From positions 30,566,001-30,630,000 of the forward strand of contig OZ241833.1 of NCBI GenBank assembly GCA_965202585.1: DNA of 64,000 bases, in the 5' to 3' direction. This DNA comes from Thalia democratica. Taxonomy: Eukaryota. Numbering within the stretch: position 1 is the stretch's first letter; every line of letters starts with the position of its first letter. Below, one piece after another: positions 60,120 through 64,000 of this stretch. The translations under genes and the position numbers were made by a program. The notes beneath the pieces are model-generated. The model worked only from the letters and a program-made list of their open reading frames with translations. It did not search any database and was not told the DNA's origin.

Positions 60120-60300
60120 CACGGGGAGAGAGGCGAAATTGGGCAACTTTTAATTGAGCGTACACATGCAGTACATATATAAGAAGCCGCGCGCAGAGAG
60201 GAAGTCGTCAGAAGATCTCGCTTCAGTCGTGACGTCACAATGCGAGCAAGCGATGAAGTATTGCCGTGCGGCTCGTCGGGCAGTTTTTTTTTTTTCAGAA
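60120..60300 (+). promoter_or_regulatory. TATA/CRE promoter island inside the zinc-finger gene 5' intron
   Basis: TATATAAG 60176-60183, initiator-like TCAG about 30 nt downstream, TGACGTCA 60230-60237, dense CpG. Confidence 0.6.
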
Positions 60301-61754
60301 AACTTTTGTGAATTTTAAATGCGGCTTTCCCCTTTCCAAAGGTTTATTTCGGTTTGCTGATTTTTAGAAAGCTGGTTTCAGTTCGAAGCGGTTTAGTGTT
60401 CGTGGTGAAACAATTTTTAGACTTTAGGCTTTTACTTGTTTCAAGACTCTCGTTAAAAGTTAACTGGTATTGGCTTGTTAAAATTATTTTTTAAAAAGCT
60501 TTTATATTACTTATTCGTCGGATAAAAAAAGTATAATTTAAATAAATTATTTTTTTATTTCTAGTCTAACAAAATATTTTTTTAATTTATTTTCAGGGCA
60601 CAGTTTTTGCTGAAAAAATCAACATTTTTACATTTAATGTCTGCACTACAAAAGCTCATAAGTTTTTGAATGTCGAACAAAGAGTTTATTAACATAATTA
60701 CTGGGTGATTTTTAACGGAAGCATTCAAAGTATCGAGTTACTGGCAATACAAATACCGCGTACCAGCTATACACACACCTTGCTGTAACTACTGTGCATT
60801 TTTCAATTAAAATATTTGAAACTAAAAATTTTGATGCGATTTTTCTCATATATCCAAAGTTTTTAAATAAGCCGAACTTTGAATACTCTTTTTTCCAATT
60901 AAAGACTTTTAAAGAATTATTTTAAAGTTTTTATGTAAGCGCGCATTAATAAATAAGCTGTTAATGCACTTTTCTGAAACTAATGTGTTAACAATCATTT
61001 CTTAATTGCTTTTCAAGTTTCCAACTGCATAATCTTGTTTTCCGTAGGTTTCAATATTTCAATGCCTAAATGAGCTTTTAAGCATATTTAGCAATGAAGA
61101 TTAGTTGTTAAAAGGTTTCAAAGAAACAAAAGTTTCCACCAAAATTTTGTTGCATAAGAGCTTTAATTTTAAATTTGGAATATGCGAGAAATTTCTGAGA
61201 TCCAAGGCTAATTGACGGTTGCGTTCTTATTTTAAGAACAATTACATATCTTAACTGATAATTTATAAATTATATAGTCTAAATAAAACTACTTATAACA
61301 GTCCGTACTTTATTATCCAAACTGAAAGTAACAAAATATACAATATAACTAAACTATAGGACAGATTAAGTACTTATACATCTACTTGTAAGGACTAGCA
61401 AAGTTCAAAATATTAAAACTTAATTATATGACCCTTATGGCTTAATTATGACTTTTTTTAATATATCTTATCTGTAACACTAAACCAATTATTTAATTTG
61501 AATTGAAATATAAAACTATAATTAAGAAATTAATGTTTTCAAGTACTTTGTCATACAGTCGAACTTATAAATGGACATTTTTTTAAACTACAATTTTTTT
61601 CATAACTTAATTACGCTTGTTATAGTTTAGTTTATAAATAATTTAAACCGTGCTAGTGGGTAAGTATAATAATTACTTTATTTGGTAACTAAAACAAATA
61701 AAAAAAAATTCAATAAGCTAAATAGTTAATGAAAATTGAATAGTTTGAGCTCAC

Positions 61755-61815
61755 CTTTCCAATTGACCGAATGCTTTTGTGCGTCCAAATATTGTTGCTT
61801 TCTACACGCGGTATG
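61755..61815 (-). other. Probable 5'-UTR exon of the zinc-finger gene
   Basis: ttacag| 61 nt |gtgagc; the only frame continuous with the ATG exon contains TAG. Confidence 0.55.
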
Positions 61816-62058
61816 CTGTAATGTTAAAGTTAAAATTAACAAACTTAAATAAAATCAAAAATTTAAGAAAAGTAGCAATTTCTGCAAATTTTTTTTAAAC
61901 ACATAATCAATCGTAAGAGACCTTGTGAGCGGTGCCAAGAAACTGAATTTTGCAGGTTTTTTTGGAAAGGAGAAAAACAATTTACTTAAAAAGCTTATTT
62001 GAGTTCTTGTTTGTACAAAAAAATTATTTGAAGTATAAAAAGTCAATAACAATCTCAC

Positions 62059-62085
62059 CTTGGTTTGTTGTTTGAAGCTGTGTTC
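62059..62085 (-). other. Possible short 5'-UTR exon of the zinc-finger gene
   Basis: Strong donor CAAG|gtgaga at 62058; acceptor ambiguous (exon start 62085 or 62077). Confidence 0.4.
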
Positions 62086-62999
62086 TTTGACAAAAAACTT
62101 TAGTGTTATTTTAAAAGTTTAAAAATCTGAAAAAAAAAGTTTAGTAGATAAATTGCTCATTTTAATTGGTGTTAAACTAAACTAATGGCTTAAATGTTTT
62201 CAATATTTAAGCTAACAAAAGATTTTAAATTTCTTAAGATTAAATGTGTTTAAAAACAGTGTAATTTTACCTAACTTATGTAAGATTAAGAACTAGCAAG
62301 TGCAGAGTATAAATTTAAATTTTTACAACAGCAAAATCTTATAGAAACATAATTCAGGCTGTAGTATTTAAAAACCAAATTTTTAATTTAAATCAATTTG
62401 TTTCCAACTAAAACTATTGAACTCAGTACATATTAAGAGGTACTTCTATTTACTTAAAAATTTAATGTGTACAAAGAAGATAATTTTGTTGTACATAAGG
62501 TACTTAACTTACCACACAAACACAAAGAGTAAAAGTATGTGCTAAAGTATTTAACTATAAAATCTTATATATAAAAATAATTTCAAAAAAAACTTTAGAC
62601 TTTTTTTGGAACAAAAAAGTTAATAAATTTAATCTAATAAATAAAATCGTTTAAAAGAAAGTTAATTTAAACATAAAAAAGTTTACATATTAAACAAACT
62701 AAACTAACAACAAATAAATAAAGTAACAACTTATCAGCTAAATAAAAGTAAACAAACTTGCCAAGCTCTAACAGTCTAACTGAAACTCAATTGAAAATAC
62801 AAACTTTTTAAACAAAACAGCAAGCGCAAACATACACTATGCTTTAAAACGTAATGATAACTTTAAAGAAGACTAAACTAACAAAAAAGAAATCATCTGC
62901 TAATTAAAAACCAAAGCTCTAACTGATTCTAAACAAATCTAACCAAACAAAAAGAACAAACTTTTTAAACAAAGCGCACTGCAAGTATGAAGCAGCAAG

Positions 63000-63230
63000 C
63001 ATGCGATGGGATGAGATCACATACAAACCGGAAATGAAACGTTGAAGAAGCTTCATACTTCTCTCTATGCGAGCTGCACTGCACTGTGCATAACTGCTTG
63101 AGCGAAAACGAGAGAGATGCGTTTCAGAAGATACTCTCGTTTTCAGTGTGAAGATTCTAGAAGTTTATCAACTGCCTACGTGGCAAAGGAATGGCTGTGA
63201 GGAACGCGAACTGCCTCAAAAGTTTCTATT
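63000..63230 (-). promoter_or_regulatory. CpG-rich region, candidate promoter/first exon of the zinc-finger gene
   Basis: CpG-rich patch, ETS-like ACCGGAAAT near 63027, minus-strand donor CCG|gtttgt at 63028. Confidence 0.4.
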
Positions 63231-63359
63231 TGAAAAAGTTGCATCAGCGTAAAATTTTAAAGAGTTTAAAAAATGAAAAACATCAACTGTCGAGTTGGTA
63301 CTGATGCTTCTGCTCCTATTTTAAACTTACAAAGCAAAACAATAAGCACACAAACTAGG

Positions 63360-63640
63360 CATTTTTAAATTGTCTAATTAAGCTTTTTATAGTTTAAACA
63401 TGAGCATCAATATTAAGCTTCACAAGTTATTATTGAGCAAGCAGTATTTGGCTTGAGCGTGAAATTTTTAGTTTTAAATGAAGAAAGCATTATTCATTGA
63501 GTTTTAACCAAAGCTACTGCTCTCTTACTGAGACCTAAAAAGCAAAACAATGCAACCACAAAGAAATCAAAGGCTGTTTTGAGGAATTTTTTAATTTGCT
63601 TAATTAAGCTTTTTTAAACTTAAACAAGAGCATCAATTGG
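63360..63640. repeat. Diverged direct duplication, period about 225 bp
   Basis: taattaagcttttt...aaaca(t/a)gagcatcaat near 63376 and 63601. Confidence 0.55.
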
Positions 63641-64000
63641 AATAAAAAGAGCCACAAAAATTTTAACTGCCTACTTTTCAGATTGTACCTGCTAATAATA
63701 GATGCTCTTTTTTAAATTATAAAATCTGATGAAATAGTGAAATTTGAAGCATTGTGCTGTGTTTTCACCAAACTTTTACTACAGTGTCGAAAACCTAACA
63801 AAAGTGTTGATAAAAGAAAAAGCAATGGATTAAAAAAAATTAACTACTAAAGAAGCAAGATCCAGCCCAATGCGTGGGATTTTGAACGTTGTTACACAAA
63901 AAATTGTTTTTATTTTAAACGTGAATTTAGTTTGAGAGGTTTTTTTTAGTCCATAAGTTTCACTAGTATGTTAGTTTTCTTGAATAAGCTCTTTAAAATT

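Noticed and set aside
1-64000. tRNA, rRNA, snRNA or spliced-leader RNA genes
   Set aside because: I could not recognise a cloverleaf, rRNA core or Sm-site RNA by eye; a tRNAscan-SE/Infernal run is needed to exclude divergent ones.

Overview
Eukaryotic (invertebrate animal) genomic DNA, very AT-rich (about three-quarters A+T by eye), with GC-rich exon islands and GT-AG introns. There is no sign of prokaryotic operons, rRNA, tRNA or CRISPR. All gene models were rebuilt by hand from splice sites and reading-frame phase. (1) Three paralogous two-exon rhodopsin-like 7TM receptors with a signal-peptide exon: GPCR1 (+, 203-2046, intact, 407 aa), GPCR2 (-, 21544-22938, TAA at codon 4, otherwise intact) and GPCR3 (-, 26858-28762, pseudogene). 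(2) SSR2/TRAP-beta (+, four exons, 12623-17259, 186 aa) lying between the receptor copies. (3) A 25-coding-exon, about 1622-aa RREB1/Hindsight-like C2H2 zinc-finger gene (-, 34239-58818) with probable non-coding 5' exons at 61.7-63.2 kb. (4) An orphan 76-aa ORF (-, 29613-29843) under a TATA/YY1/CRE promoter island. Also present: several MITEs, a decayed LINE RT fragment, a 276-280 bp tandem repeat and local duplications. The most unusual signals are palindromic bZIP/bHLH motifs (TGACGTCA, TCACGTGA) packed against splice sites of the zinc-finger gene; introns with G/T-rich starts and A/C-rich ends lacking a pyrimidine tract; degenerate echoes of exon ends in adjacent introns; and a receptor whose signal peptide was converted into a 3-codon uORF. 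The clade cannot be fixed from sequence alone; a tunicate or similar invertebrate is only a guess.
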